Source: Octopus vulgaris
Taxonomy: Eukaryota
Direction of reading: 5' to 3'
Length of the DNA stretch: 64,000 bases
Assembly (NCBI GenBank): GCA_951406725.2
Contig: OX597830.1
Coordinates: 29,636,001 to 29,700,000, forward strand
The translations under genes and the position numbers were made by a program. The notes under the pieces are model-generated. The model was not told the DNA's origin. It made no database searches and saw nothing but the letters and a program-made list of their open reading frames with translations. Below, piece by piece: positions 13,178 to 26,934 of the stretch (positions within the stretch are counted from its first letter, which is position 1; every line of letters starts with the position of its first letter).

Positions 13178-13349
13178 AAAAGTTTTCATCGAACCTTGCC
13201 TTAACCGTGAGAGTTATTTACACAGATGAGTACATTTATAAAGATAAGTGTGTGTATTTATTGTTAACGTGTAATGTGCCTATATTGCAGTAATTAGGGA
13301 CGGTTAGCCAAACCTATACTATTAGAAGATAATTCTAAATTTCTCAATA

Positions 13350-13700
13350 GCTGTCATTTGAACAATAACTGCTTGCAAACAATATGGTTTTCAAAACCAA
13401 GATCATTAACTTGCAAAGGACCGTAAGTAATTACATCGGAATGACTGGAAGTATATTCAAGGAAGGTCACACACACCGAACTCTCTTCCATAGACAGATT
13501 AGTACGACAAACTCGCGAGATGTTTGTCTAGTATAGCATATAACCTTGAAGATACGGATTGCTGACAAAACCTTAATAAGCTAGAGTCACCATAGCTTAG
13601 TTCAGAAATCCTATGGTACAACACAGCAAATTCAGTCTTTGTATAAATTCAGCATCTAACTTTCTGAATACGAATAGAAAAAGATTAAACTGTCAAAATT
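13350..13700 (+). pseudogene. Second, more decayed PLE GIY-YIG fragment
   Basis: CHLNNNCLQT, then after a frameshift MVFKTKIINLQRTVSNYIGMTGSIFKE; parallels the CPLxxxC...YIGxT...FK motifs at 9350-9460. Confidence 0.6.
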
Positions 13701-14019
13701 CAAGATAGACCTGTCCTTGACATCGCAGTATAACAGACCAGGATAAATTTAAGATATACTGTTAATACATCTGATATGCATAATAAATATGCATTCCCTA
13801 TTAAAACCCAAGAACTCAGATTTGAATCATAAGCCGTTCACATGTATATAATACTTATACCAGATATCCTTTCATGAAGTTATGCTTTCATGAAATTGAA
13901 ATTACATGAAGGGTAAAGACCTTTCAATTTTTTTGTGAATTCCATAACATATCCAGTATACACATACACACATATCCGCTAAAGAAGGGAGTGTGTGAAG
14001 CATGTATTATATGGTGATT

Positions 14020-14600
14020 GCTCCATCTTCAGAGATGATTGTCGTCTCCTTGTGCGTCTTCATTGTCAATGGCGTTTCTCCGTCCATCACCTCTCAGCTC
14101 TCCTGCATATCTGCATAGTCTGAAGCATAGGTGACAGAAGAAATTGCAGCTTGCTGTGCGCTTTCAACTATTTAGATCAGTGCACGTCATCCCTCTTCCG
14201 TCGCTATATGATTTAAATAGATAGAACCACAAAAGGAATTCACCATAAAGAGACTTTTATACGTCATTGGAATATAGCAGAGAACACCTAGTGACAGGCT
14301 GTATGGATGTGAGCAGTAATCATATGAAACCGCAGGTTTTATAATCAGAATGTTCTCCTAGAAGAACGCTGCGACCAGAGAAGGGGACCGTCATATCCAG
14401 TGGTTTTTCTGCAAGACCTACCAACAGCCGAGTATTTTTCTGAGTTCTTGCAATTTGACGGATTGTCATGAAATATACTAGTTACCACTTAGCTAAGGCC
14501 TTCAGAGTTGCTACTGCTTTGGGTTAGAGTAGACTTGAGAACAGCAGTATTTAAGATGTGGTTCCACACTTCTGAAAACCCTAGAACTTCCGAAACAACA
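14020..14600 (-). mobile_element. Possible highly decayed LINE 3' fragment
   Basis: Only fragmentary resemblance to an RTE-type C-terminus (QPV...); weak. Confidence 0.25.
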
Positions 14601-14669
14601 CCTCACACCAGATGCCGTTTAAAGACATACATGTGGAATATGTAGGTTACTCATACATATTTACAGATG

Positions 14670-15050
14670 TGATTCAGTACTATGAAATTTGCTTCCCAAC
14701 CAGAAAGCGGGACCGTGATCGAATCAGAACACTATGTGACTTTGGGCAACATATTTTTACTGGAGCCTCGGTCCGGCCAAAGCCTTGTGAGTGGGTTTGG
14801 TGAACGGAAACTGAAAGAAGCCTGTCATACAGATATGTGTGTAGTTTGTGTGTGCATGCATTTTAGACTCCACTGCTTAACAACTGGTGTTTCTGTGTTT
14901 ACGTTCCTGCAACTTAGTGGTTCTGCAAAACAGATGATACAATAAGTACCAGGTTTAAATGAATATAAAATACTGGAATCGATCTATCACAAAAATTCTT
15001 CAAGACTGTGCACCAGTATGGCCGCAGTCTAATAACTGAAACACGTAAGA
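14670..15050 (+). mobile_element. SINE family B, diverged
   Basis: ccaaagccttgtgagtgg...ggaaactgaaagaagcc core. Confidence 0.75.
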
Positions 15051-15073
15051 GATAATAGATAAACAATATATAT

Positions 15074-15074
<1 letters not shown>

Positions 15075-15105
<31 letters not shown>

Positions 15106-15875
15106 GCAGGCACACAGACAGAGAGAGGGTGACCTACATACATACAAACACGCATACATACATACATAAAAACTTTTATGCATACATACATACATAAAAA
15201 CTTTTATGCATACATGCATGTAGACATACATATAAAACATGCATAGAGATCAACGGACAGACAGATACATACATATATATATATACATACCTGCATACAT
15301 ACATACATACATACATACATACATACATACATACCTACATACATACATACATACACACATACATACATACACACATACAGACATGCATACATACATGCAT
15401 ATATACATACATACATACATACATACATACATACATACATACATACATACATGCATGCATACATACATGCATACATACATACATACATACATACATGCAT
15501 GCATACATACATACATACATACATACATACACACATACAGACATGCATACATACATGCATATATACATACATACATACATACATACATGCATACATACAT
15601 ACATACATACATGCATGCATACATACATGCATACATACATACATACATACATACATGCATGCATACATACATACATACATACACACATACAGACATGCAT
15701 ACATACATGCATATATACATACATGCATACATACATGCATACATACATACATACATACATACATACATACATACATACACACATACAGACATGCATACAT
15801 ACATGCATATATACATACATGCCTACACAGAGACATACATACCTGCATATATACATGCATATAGACATACGTACA
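15075..15875. repeat. (GACA)n followed by long (TACA/TGCA)n array with higher-order repeats
   Basis: Direct reading; recurring acacatacagacatgcatacatacatgcatata subunit. Confidence 0.95.
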
Positions 15876-17949
15876 TGTTATTCAGAGGCATATCAGTAGT
15901 TCACTCTTTCATCTTATTAAATTATGTTCCAGTTTTATTATATCACTAATTTAATGAGACTTTCTATCAGTGTTATCACACTATGATAGATGTTTATTTT
16001 TTTTTTTCCATGTGAAGCCGATAATTTTGGCATTTAATCAATTTATGTATATTTCTCTAATTTTTACTAACTTCAACCACAGCAGTGTTTCGTTTTGTTA
16101 TGACTGTAGCTGTTCGTCATTTCCTTTCCCTTTTTTTTTTTTTTTTTTTGTAAGTTCAACTTTCCATATAGTGTAATATGAAAACTTTTGTGTTTTTCCG
16201 ATGATCTCTAGAAAGATGTGGTTGTTGATTTTTCTGAACTTCACTTGGCATAAAGTGTCAGATTTAATGAGGAAGCAATAAATAAATTCTAGAATATTCG
16301 TGCTTCCCAATACAAACTGCAAATATGAATAGTCGATAGCTATACCTACGCGTGGGAACTGAAGCTTAATTTGAGTCGCCCTTCGTAAAAAAGTGAAATG
16401 CAACTATTCAATTTTCTTTTCATGTAAGTCATTCTGAAAACCGAGTTATTAATGATAATAAGGTGTTTAACAATTTGTGATGACATCGAATTTATATAAT
16501 ACGTAATCATACAAGTTACGGTAGGGATCTCATCCCCCTTCTTAGTTGATTTTAGGAGAAGGAAATGGCTTAATTGTACGATTTAAAATTACCTCTACGA
16601 AATATAGAGTACCCCGTTGGTCATATTGTGTGTGAGTATGTGTGTATGTGTGTGTGTGTATATCTGTGTGTGTGTAAGTGTGTTTGTGTAGTGTGTGGTT
16701 TTGTGCATGTTTGTCATATAGAAAAGGTGTTTCGCCCTTAGCAACAAGCTATCTTGCATGTGTGAGAGCAATTTGGGGGACAAAATGTGTGGAAACCCAA
16801 GATATAGGAATATATATATCTATATGTTTGTTTGTTTGCGTGTGTGTGTGTGTATTTGCGTCGGTGTGTGCGTGTGTCTGGGTGCGTACGTGCTCCAAAC
16901 TTTATAACATGAAGTTTAGCTACTCGTCTTTCGACAACATCGTTTCATACGTCGCACAAACATACACCTGCACACACTTTCACTTCGAAGACTAACCTGT
17001 AACACTAGAATTCCTACCACTTGCCCACTGGTAATATCCTGTATTTCAAAGGCTGTAGCTTTTAATGTTCCCCACACACCTCACTCCACCAACTGCCTGT
17101 ATGACATGGCATGACAACCAATACATTCAAGGGAAGTTATACACTTCACAAGTGCTTCATCAGTAGTCGTGTTGGCTAAAGCGCCACCTTCATGTCTCGC
17201 TTCACCTGCAGACTACTTACGCATCGAAATAACTTCCTCTACAACAAATGGAGTTTTCCAGTCTGGCACACTTTTTATTATACATATGCTATCAGCCGCA
17301 ATATCCGCAAACAGGAAAAATGAATTATTCTGTATTTCCTAACAGAGCTACTTCTCGTTAAAGAACTTTAGCTTCTTAGTTACTGAAAAATACGATATAC
17401 TACCTATATAATAGGATATACTAGCTCATCAACATACAGAGGAAGATTATATAATATCTGCCGATCATACGAACTAGAGGCCACTTATGTTGATCTTGCA
17501 ATCTCTATTATAACCCAACACCATCAGAATTGTTATTCCAAAAGAAAGACTACTACCACGAAGGTGAGCCCAATCCACTTAACAATAACTAAGCTTAGAG
17601 ACTCCTGCGAGAATTTGTCACCCATGATGTGCAACCGCAAATACAAGGTATGGAAGCCACAAATATTCTTTCCGATGGCATACAACTATAAATAAGGATT
17701 AGTATTGTTACTTTCATAGCTTTAATAGCACGTCATTTGAACTAACCATTAAAAGCTTAAGCACATAGAAGCCTTCTTAAATTTTTTCAAACATTCCATT
17801 CTTTCTCCGAACACGTGATGCAATTCACATCAAACTAAACTTAATGTCATGAGGAGCAGAATCAAACATGTATAAACTTCGAACTGAAACCAAATACGTT
17901 GAGCGCTGCTCTCTTTCGTTCGTAGGTTTTATGGCTTTATATACATATC

Positions 17950-18011
17950 TCTATGTATATTCATATATATGTATGTAAGCATGTATGTATGAATATATAT
18001 ATATGTATATA

Positions 18012-18097
<86 letters not shown>

Positions 18098-18123
18098 TAT
18101 GCATATTCACATACGTGTGTTTG

Positions 18124-18186
<63 letters not shown>

Positions 18187-18210
18187 ATATGTATATATAT
18201 ATATATATAT

Positions 18211-18276
<66 letters not shown>

Positions 18277-18280
18277 ATAT
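17950..18280. repeat. (TA)n microsatellite
   Basis: Direct reading. Confidence 0.95.
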
Positions 18281-18382
18281 GTAATGGAGAAATTGTACAA
18301 AATGTATAAATGGCTGATGAGTAAAGCATCGCACAGTTTCGATTGCATGTCTATTACACACTCCATGTACCTTATTAATAAT

Positions 18383-18613
18383 TATTTCTTTATTGCCCAC
18401 AAGGGGCTACACACATAGGGGAGAAACAAAGACAGACAAACGGATTAAGTCGATTTTATCGACCCTAGTGCCTAACTGGTACTAATTTAATCGACCCCGA
18501 AATGATGAAAGCCAAAGTCGACCTCGGCAGAATTTGAACTCAGAACGTGGGGGCAGACGAAATACTGCTAAGCATTTTGCCCGGCGTGCTAACGTTTCTG
18601 CCAGCTCGCCGCC
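18383..18613 (-). mobile_element. SINE family A, full length
   Basis: Reverse complement of 8330-8560; ttattaata duplicated on both flanks. Confidence 0.9.
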
Positions 18614-18641
18614 TTATTAATACTGTTATACACTCACACAC

Positions 18642-18676
<35 letters not shown>

Positions 18677-18685
18677 TATATATAT

Positions 18686-19072
18686 AGGAGCAGGCGTGTG
18701 TGTGTTGTAATAAGCTTGCTTCCCAGACACATGGTTCCGGGTTCAGTCCCACTGCGTGGCACTTTGGACAAGTGTCTTCCACCATGGCCTCGGGTCGGCC
18801 AATGCTTTGTAAGTGGATTTCGTAGAGGGAAACTGAAAGAAGCCCGTCATATATATATATATGTTCGTGTGTCTGTTTTTGTCCCACACCATCGCTTGAC
18901 AACCGATGGTGTGTTTACGTCCCTGTAACTTAGCGATTCGCAAAAGAAACCAATAGAATATGTAAAACCTTACAAAGAATAAGTGATGGGGTCGATTAGC
19001 TCGACTAATGATGTTCTCCAACATGGCCTCAGTCAAATGACTGAAACGAGTAAAAGAATAAAAGAGTAAAAT
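18686..19072 (+). mobile_element. SINE family B
   Basis: Similar to 4581-5024. Confidence 0.85.
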
Positions 19073-19112
19073 AATATATATATGTGTGTGTGTGTGTGTG
19101 TTTCTATAACAT

Positions 19113-19480
19113 ATATCTTTTATCTTTTGAATTTACTCGTTTCATTTATTAGACAGCGGCCATGCAACGGTGGTGCCTTGAAGAATTTTAGTCAAACGAT
19201 TCGATCTCAGAAATGATTTAGTATTTGCTTAAATCTGGAACCTATTTCGTTGTTTTCTTTTACTGAAGCGCTCGGTTACAAGGGCGTAAACACACTATCG
19301 CCGGTTATAAAATTGTGGCAGAGGAGAAACAGAGACACAAAGACACACATAGATATTTTCTTTCAGCTTCAGTCAACGAAACCTAATCACAAGTCTTTGG
19401 TCAGCTCGTGGTTATACTAGAAGACACTTGCTTCAGATACCAAACAGTGGGACTGAATCTGGTTCCATATCGTTGAGAAT
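19113..19480 (-). mobile_element. SINE family B, diverged
   Basis: Reverse-complement similarity (gaagacacttg, tttctttcag...). Confidence 0.7.
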
Positions 19481-21746
19481 CCGGATCCATATCGTTTCTT
19501 GCCATAGGGCTTAAACTATTTGCCTCGGCCGAGGGTAGTTTCCATCGACGAACATCTATGTTATGGGTCCAGCATGCTTCCACTTCATCACTATCGTCTT
19601 GCTTGCATGTATATGTGTGTGCGTGGGTATGAGTGTGTGTGTGTAGATATGCGTATATAACTTACACAGATGTACGGCGATGAGAGATACAGACCAAAAG
19701 ACCGGTGTTCAGGTACGAAGAACCTTTAAATAACCCAGTTAAACACTTCCGCTTCACTTCCGCCGGCAAAAATACACTGGGCCGGTGATTGGTCCATTAG
19801 AAAACCGTTAACAACGACATTTTCCACAAATTACGATTTAATGTAAAAGAAGTTTGAGGTGTAAAACAAATAAAGAACTTCTCTAATATCGGAATCAACG
19901 GAATAATCGATGATGGTAACATGTATTCGCACACCGCCCAGCATATCGGCTACACATTTCCCTGAAATCGCTCAAACATATCGTCTTGAAAATCGACATA
20001 TTTGAATCACAAATTTCGTGAAGAAAACGGCATTATAATCACGTGGAGAAGGCCCCACGCCATAGGCTAGTCTCCTAGACTAGCGCTGAGCTTGGGCTAA
20101 ACAGCATTAATAACAATAAAAGTTACAACAACAAAAACAATAGCAACAACTACGGCTACTAAACATGTGAATCTTGCCTGCGTGATCGCCTACATAAATG
20201 TAGTAATTATGTTGTTTTAACACAGTGATGTTAAAACACGGTAAAGTATTATAGCAACAACAAATTGGTCAGTAGTTCTGGTCGTGTGCATTTTCCAGAC
20301 GACCAAACAAGAATTCATTCTTTGACCTATATCTCATTCCTTTTGTGTTATCTCCGAAATGCGAATTTTACCAAGTATTTTTAGTTGAAGTTGGTAATTT
20401 GCCAGTGAAATGAACATTTCTCTTCTTTTAGTTTCATTGATTTGTCTTGCTTGAAGGCTTTTGTAGTTTTTATCTTTCTGATTAGCTTGGCATTAAATTC
20501 CATCAGCTTTTAATATCATCTGACGTTGCCCATTCCTCTACATATGGTAGCATCACTATTAACAGCACAAAAAAAAAAATGGTGAGATATAAGAGATTAA
20601 AAGACAAAAAGAACAGAAAAAAGAAGGAGACAGAGAGAATGAGAGAGAGCGTGAGAGAAAAATGGTGATGAAAGCAGAGAGGAAGTAGTAGAATTTATAA
20701 CGCACGCTCACATCGAATAAGAAATAATTAAGAAACAGAAACAACGGCAGCAGCAACAACAATAACAACTGCGTTAATGGCAACAAAAATTGCATAAAAC
20801 ACGAACTATAACTGCTGTATCAATATCCAGTACAAAAACCTGCAGTAATTCTTAATGAAAGAGTGATAACGTTTATAGTGTCCAAAAAATAAAACGAAAT
20901 AAATTTAATAGACAATAATTAATACCAGGAAAACGAGCGCCAATATAACTGTGTTAACGATTATATTAACATACTGAAAATAAGTAAGAAAATAACTGCA
21001 GTGTTACGACAAATTCAAACATAGCAATGAATATCATTAAATCGTTACTGCATCTATTACGCTTTTAGATAATACATAAAAACCATCGATACGTTTGAAC
21101 TTAGTTATTCTGTTACTACAGTATAAAATTTGACAATACTTAAAGTCTACAATTTTCAGTCCACGAAGATACTATGATGTTTGATGCAAAAATATAAAAG
21201 TGCGGCATCAAAACTTTTACATCTGATTTTTTTTTCTTCTTAATCTGGAATATACTTTCCAGAACTTTATCCCGTGCAGAGACATACCGAGTGTACAGAT
21301 TCGTTGCTGTCGTTCAGTTTTTCCTCGACTTGACAATGCCGGCCCATGATCGAAAGTATTTCAATAGTGGATATTTCTACTCTTTTTTTTATATATTCTT
21401 AAGATTACGACCTCCAAATATCATTGTATTGTTAAGGCGGCAGAGTTGATATAAGTGAATTTTGTTGTTATATTTAGTCCGTTATCTTACGTGGCACACC
21501 GCTATAATAAAATTGTTTTACAGAACCAAATTTCCTCAGAATGTATTAATAAATACAGAAACATTAAACAACGAATACCATAAGATAATTAATGTAATTT
21601 ATAAGTGAAATAGCTATGATCACAATATGAATATCAGGTACGGACAGAAATAGTGACAACGTATATGTATTCGTGAATTTGTCTCCGAACATTGCTACCA
21701 CATGCAATATGACAAAATCCAGCCTAACCTTCGTACTACCAATTCT

Positions 21747-22500
21747 TATTTCTTTACTGCCCACAAGGGGCCACACACAGATGGGACAAACAAGGACATA
21801 CAAACGGATTAAGTCGATTATATCGACCCCAGTGCGTAACTGGTAATTATTTAATCAACCCTGAAAGGATGAAAGGCAAAGTCGACCCCGGCGGAATTTG
21901 AACTCAGAACGTAGCGGCAGGCGAAATACCTATTTCTTTACTACCCACAAGGGGCTAAACACAGAGAGGACAAACAAGGACAGACAAACGGATTAAGTCG
22001 ATTATATCAACTCCAGTGCGTAACTGGTACTTAATTAATAGACTCCGAAAGGATGAAAGGCAAAGTCAACCTCGGCGGCATTTGAACTTAGAACATAGGG
22101 GCAATAAAGAAATAACAAGCGTTAGCACGCCGGGCGAAATGCGCAGCCGTATTTCGTCTACCGTTACGTTCTGAGTTCAAATTCCGCCAAGGTCGACTTT
22201 GCCTGTCATCCTTTCGAGGTCGATTAAATAAGTACCAGTTACGCACTGGGGTAGATGTAATCGACTTTATCCGTGTGTCTGTCCTTTTTATTCCCTCTGT
22301 GTTTAGCCCCTATTGGGTAGTAAAGAAACAGGCATTTCGTCTGCCGCTAGGTTCTGAGTTCAAATTCTAGCAAGGTCGACCTTGCCTTTCATCCTTTCGG
22401 TGTCGATAAATTAAGTACCAGTTGCGTGCTGGAGTCGATCCATTCGACTGGTCCCCCACCCCTAATATTTCGGGCCTTGTGCCTATAGAAGAAAAAAATA
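21747..22500. mobile_element. SINE family A cluster: two minus units followed by two plus units
   Basis: Minus units ~21747-22100, plus units ~22120-22500. Confidence 0.88.
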
Positions 22501-22816
22501 TTACACCTAGCAGTTACTTACAATTAGTATACGTATAATGCGCGGTATCCCTCGTTTTCTTTTGTGCGGAATTCGAGGAAAAGTTGAGAATTTGTAACAA
22601 AAGTGCCATTTATTTATTAGTTTGCTTGAGATGAAGCTGAATAATAATAATAAATGATAACAACTCAAACTAATAACAGTTGCCAAGCTACTAAACACAT
22701 TGCCGTCTATAATTATTCCAATAGCGACAGCAATACATACATTAACAATATGTGGCAACGTTGTTGACAACTGCAATATTCATTATCGTTTTATGATTCT
22801 GATATCTATCAGATGC

Positions 22817-23040
22817 AGGCGGCAAGCTGGCAGAATCGTTAGCACGCTGGGCGAAAAGTTCTGCGGTAGTTTGTCCGTCTTTAAATTCTGAGTTCAAATT
22901 CCACTCTGGTGCTTTTTTTTTTTTTTTTTTGCCTTTTATCTTTTTGGAGTCTATAAAATAAGTATCAGTTAAATACTAAGGTCCTATAACCGATTTGCCC
23001 CCATCTTCCCAGACTGCTGGCCTTAAACCAAAATTTGAAA
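22817..23040 (+). mobile_element. SINE family A, diverged
   Basis: ggcggcaagctggcagaatcgttagcacg head. Confidence 0.75.
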
Positions 23041-23890
23041 CTAATATGCAACAATAGTGTTCTACATAGATAGGGATAACTGAGTAAATCGTGTTTTCTT
23101 ATTTTTTAAAAAGTCCAATGTTCCATTTTTTCTCTTACAAAAAAATACATAATGAAAATTTAGTCCGTACTTAAACGATTCTTGTAGACTATTGATTCTC
23201 TTGTGAGAAGTTGCGACTCCACCGATGAACCCGTTTTTGTTTCTGGAAAAAGAGACGACTTTATGACCATTCTCACGGCGCAACGAGACCGATTTAGTGC
23301 GGAAGAGTGTATTCACGTCAGTGTATGATTAGAGAGACACAGTGCGTAACAGGGGCGCCAAAGGGAGAGAAAGAGCGAGGTAAGAGAAGTAAAAGAAGAC
23401 AGAGTAATGATTCAATGTATGTTTAGCAAGCTTTGATTGATGAAAGGCAAAACTGACTTCATTTTAACTCGAACTAAGTACGCAATTTGTCGGTACCCAA
23501 CATCGACTCTAAAACAATTTTGCGAATTCGCCGCACGTTATGTATGTCTACTAGGCCTCCAAGTTTCTTATGATTTACTGTGGGCAGTTCACATACATAA
23601 CAATGACAAGACGGCAATTCAAAGACTAGGTTTTAGTTTTCTCTTTATCCGAGCCACACACGAAACAACAAACAGTAATGTATACAAATATGCACATTAA
23701 AAGCATTTTATTTGTAACTGCATATATATGTATATATATATATATAGAGAGAGAGAGAGGGGGGAGGGAGAGAGAGATTGCATTCAGTTCCACAAGTAAT
23801 TGCACAGCTATGGTTCGTAACCGGTTTCTACTACTCTGACCAAATACATAGAACGAATTCCACAAGTTTGGTTTATACGTTGAACTGTTT

Positions 23891-23958
23891 TACCTGAAGA
23901 AGGGTATGCGTAAAGTATGTAAGTCTTATTTATTACGTAAAGTTCTGAAACGTACGTA
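23891..23958 (+). ncRNA. Candidate hammerhead motif with long helix II
   Basis: TAC-CTGAAGA-AG...GCGTAA...TTACGT...CT-GAAA-CG-TA-CGTA; helix I is weak. Confidence 0.4.
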
Positions 23959-24340
23959 TTAATTGCCTTCTAAATATTATTTCTACTGTAAGCACAAGGC
24001 CTAAAATTTTGGGGAAGGGAGGCAGTTGATTACATCAAGCCCAGCACTAAACTGATGTTTAATTTATAGTCTCCAAAAGGAGATGGAATTTGAACTTAGA
24101 ACGTAATCCTTTTTCTGGCGTACCAGCGATTGTTCCAGCTCGCCGCCATAAATGCTTTCAAAATAATTTTATTGTGCTTTACTTCATTATCATAACTTAT
24201 ATGACTTAATATTAATACAAACTATCCTCTCTTGATTCCATTTACGCGGCCACTCTAACAAGCACTTGGACTAGTATGACACATCTGACTTGAATCGAAA
24301 TCCCTGATATCTTGAATCCCTTCAAAGCGTAACACGAATA

Positions 24341-24342
<2 letters not shown>

Positions 24343-24402
<60 letters not shown>
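24343..24402. repeat. (CA)n
   Basis: Direct reading. Confidence 0.95.
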
Positions 24403-24404
<2 letters not shown>

Positions 24405-24871
24405 ACACGAGTACTTGGACAAATACAAGAAAGTTCACTCAACACATGTATTGGGAGTTACATGCATTATTCAAAGCAGTTTAATTCGGATTCCATGCTA
24501 CTTCATGTTTTAAAGATCCTAACGTGTCCTTTCTCGTCAGGGCGATGTACAAGAAGTCCAAGATGGCTACCGATAGATGGGTGCGATAGATTGGTCACGT
24601 GATATCATGATTGGTATCTGAATGTTCCTCAGCGAGTATGAGAGTGGTTTTCTCTCCATTGCGAACCATTGATCATACCATGCATATATTGATGGACTAA
24701 TAATCAGACACTAGGTCGATTGCAACGATTATCTCTCTCCCTTCAAATCTCGTGGCCTTGTATTTAATTGTGTTTAATTAATAAACAATTTTAAATGTAT
24801 ATTTTTAGTATAACTACTCCAACAAATATTATGCCGCTACGATGAATGTAACTTTGTCGTCTTGTTCCTCT

Positions 24872-24942
24872 TCATCATCATCATCATCATCATCGTAATC
24901 CTTAACTTTATTATTATTATTATTATCATCATCATCATCATC

Positions 24943-25005
<63 letters not shown>

Positions 25006-25059
25006 GTCATTAATATTATTATCATTATTATTATTATCATCATCATTATTATTATTATT
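24872..25059. repeat. (ATC)n/(ATT)n
   Basis: Direct reading. Confidence 0.95.
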
Positions 25060-25425
25060 GTAAGTCTGGCTAAGTGAAAGCTCTAAGTACTGTACACTTT
25101 GTGCAAATGCAATTCGAGAGTCGTTTTAACAAGCTAATAATATCGATTAATGCTAGTGTATATAATACAATCTCACAGAAGGCAGCTGATAGTTTAGAGT
25201 GTTATTGGATACTTAGAGCATAGCTGCAGATAATTTGTACCTAGATCAGAATCGAAAACATGTCTTATTTCCGATGGAGTCACTAGATCGAAAACTACAT
25301 GTAGAATTAACCAATAGCTAACTTAACAGACAAGCTCACACTCAGAAACGCTCATATAATATGAGGCAAACTTTCAGATATGAAGCTTACTCCATGCATA
25401 GATATATACACGTATACATTCACAT

Positions 25426-25588
25426 AGGCGTAAGAGTGGCTGTGTGGTAGGTAGCTTGCTTACCAACCACATGGTTCCGGGTTCATTCCCACTGCGTGGT
25501 ACCTTGGGCAAGTGTCTTCTACTATAGCCTGGAGCCGACCAAAGCCTTGTGAGTGGATTTGGTAGACGGAAACTGAAAGAAGCCCGTC

Positions 25589-25654
<66 letters not shown>

Positions 25655-25825
25655 GTTTGTGTCTGTTTGTCCCCACAACATCACTTGACAACCGATGCTG
25701 GTGTGTTTACGTCCCCGTAACCTATCGGTTAGGCAAAAGAGATCGATAGAATAAGTACTAGGCTTCCAAAGTATAAGTCCTGGGGTCGATTTGCTCGACT
25801 AAAGGCGGTGTTCTAGCATGGCCAC
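25426..25825 (+). mobile_element. SINE family B, well conserved
   Basis: Similar to 4581-5024, with internal (TA)n(TG)n. Confidence 0.9.
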
Positions 25826-26717
25826 ACTCCTGATCAATACCACCTCCATCAACATCAACACCGGCAACACAATCACGTTCCCCACAGAGCTACTTACCAC
25901 CGTCTACCATCACCAGTCATCATCATCGTCGTCGTCGTCATCATCACCATCATCATTATCATCATCATCTTTATCATCATCATCATAAGCCGTAGCAACA
26001 TCATGCGCACTCTCACGATCAGCATCATCGTCATGGCGGTGGTGATGATGAGGATGATCACATACTCATAAGTACTGCCTATCAAAATCGTATTCCATTC
26101 ATTACTGAACGATCGAAATATTCTCGTCCATATTTCTTTGCCCTTGTTCTCTTTTCCATTGACTATAAATTTATCTTCCCATTTGTAGTTGATATTATGG
26201 CTATTAATTTGTCTCAATTCTAAAAAAATTGCACACGTGAAAGGCGAAAGGCTTTCTAGTTATGACTATTTGAATTGTTCTCGATAAAGACACGTCTAGC
26301 CTACGTTATCCAATGTTGCTCTTTCTGTGATTTCGAAACGGAAGAATATTTTTTGAGTAAAATGTAGCTTAAATTTCAAACAGACCAAAAGATTATTCTC
26401 TTTTTTTTTTTTCAACAGCAGCTCCTATCTTTCAGTCCCTTGACGGCCTTGACTTACTTTGCTTTCGCTCAAATATTTCCAACAGCAGTTCTTCATAATA
26501 ATCCAAATTATATATTTGCAATTAAATTAGCGAGTACTCTTCTTCTCTCTTAATGTGACAGGATGTGATCCGCGGGATGTTCGACTGCTATTTCAAGCAT
26601 TTTAAGTTTCAGCTTGAGCGAAATTATATTATATTTCTGGAGAAATTACATTATATTTACGGAGATGTACTTGCATAGCAAGTGACCTGATCTGACATCG
26701 TGTGCTGGAACGAAAAC

Positions 26718-26934
26718 AATTGCAGCGTGGAAGGTGATTATAAGCCAATTAAGAAACACACAAAAACCGTTAGATTCGTTTCAACATTTAAATTTAATTT
26801 GTCAAAATATTTTCGTCGCTTTGAGACCGGACCTGTTCACTGACAAAATGCCATGCTGCATCTCATGTTGAAGTGAATGTAACGGTTTCTGTGAGTTTCT
26901 TAAATGGCTTATAAACACCTTTCACGCTGCAATT
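26718..26934. mobile_element. Fold-back element with ~70-bp inverted arms enclosing a hammerhead
   Basis: 26718-26787 is the diverged reverse complement of 26865-26934. Confidence 0.8.
26798..26847 (-). ncRNA. Type I hammerhead with G3:C8 compensatory core
   Basis: Minus strand TTTGTCA-GTGAACA-g-GTC...GAC-GAAA-ATAT-TT-TGACAAA; 7-bp helix I and palindromic helix III AATATT. Confidence 0.68.

Noticed and set aside
17130-17168. Minus-strand CTGATGA followed by a GCACTT/AAGTGT stem
   Set aside because: Followed by ATAAC rather than GAAA, with no helix I or III.
16900-17900. Possible PLE RT relic (THFHFED, ATYVDLAIS)
   Set aside because: Motifs are too fragmentary to call without a profile search.
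26100-26480. Possible LINE ORF1 remnant (WEDKFIVNG)
   Set aside because: Single weak motif only.
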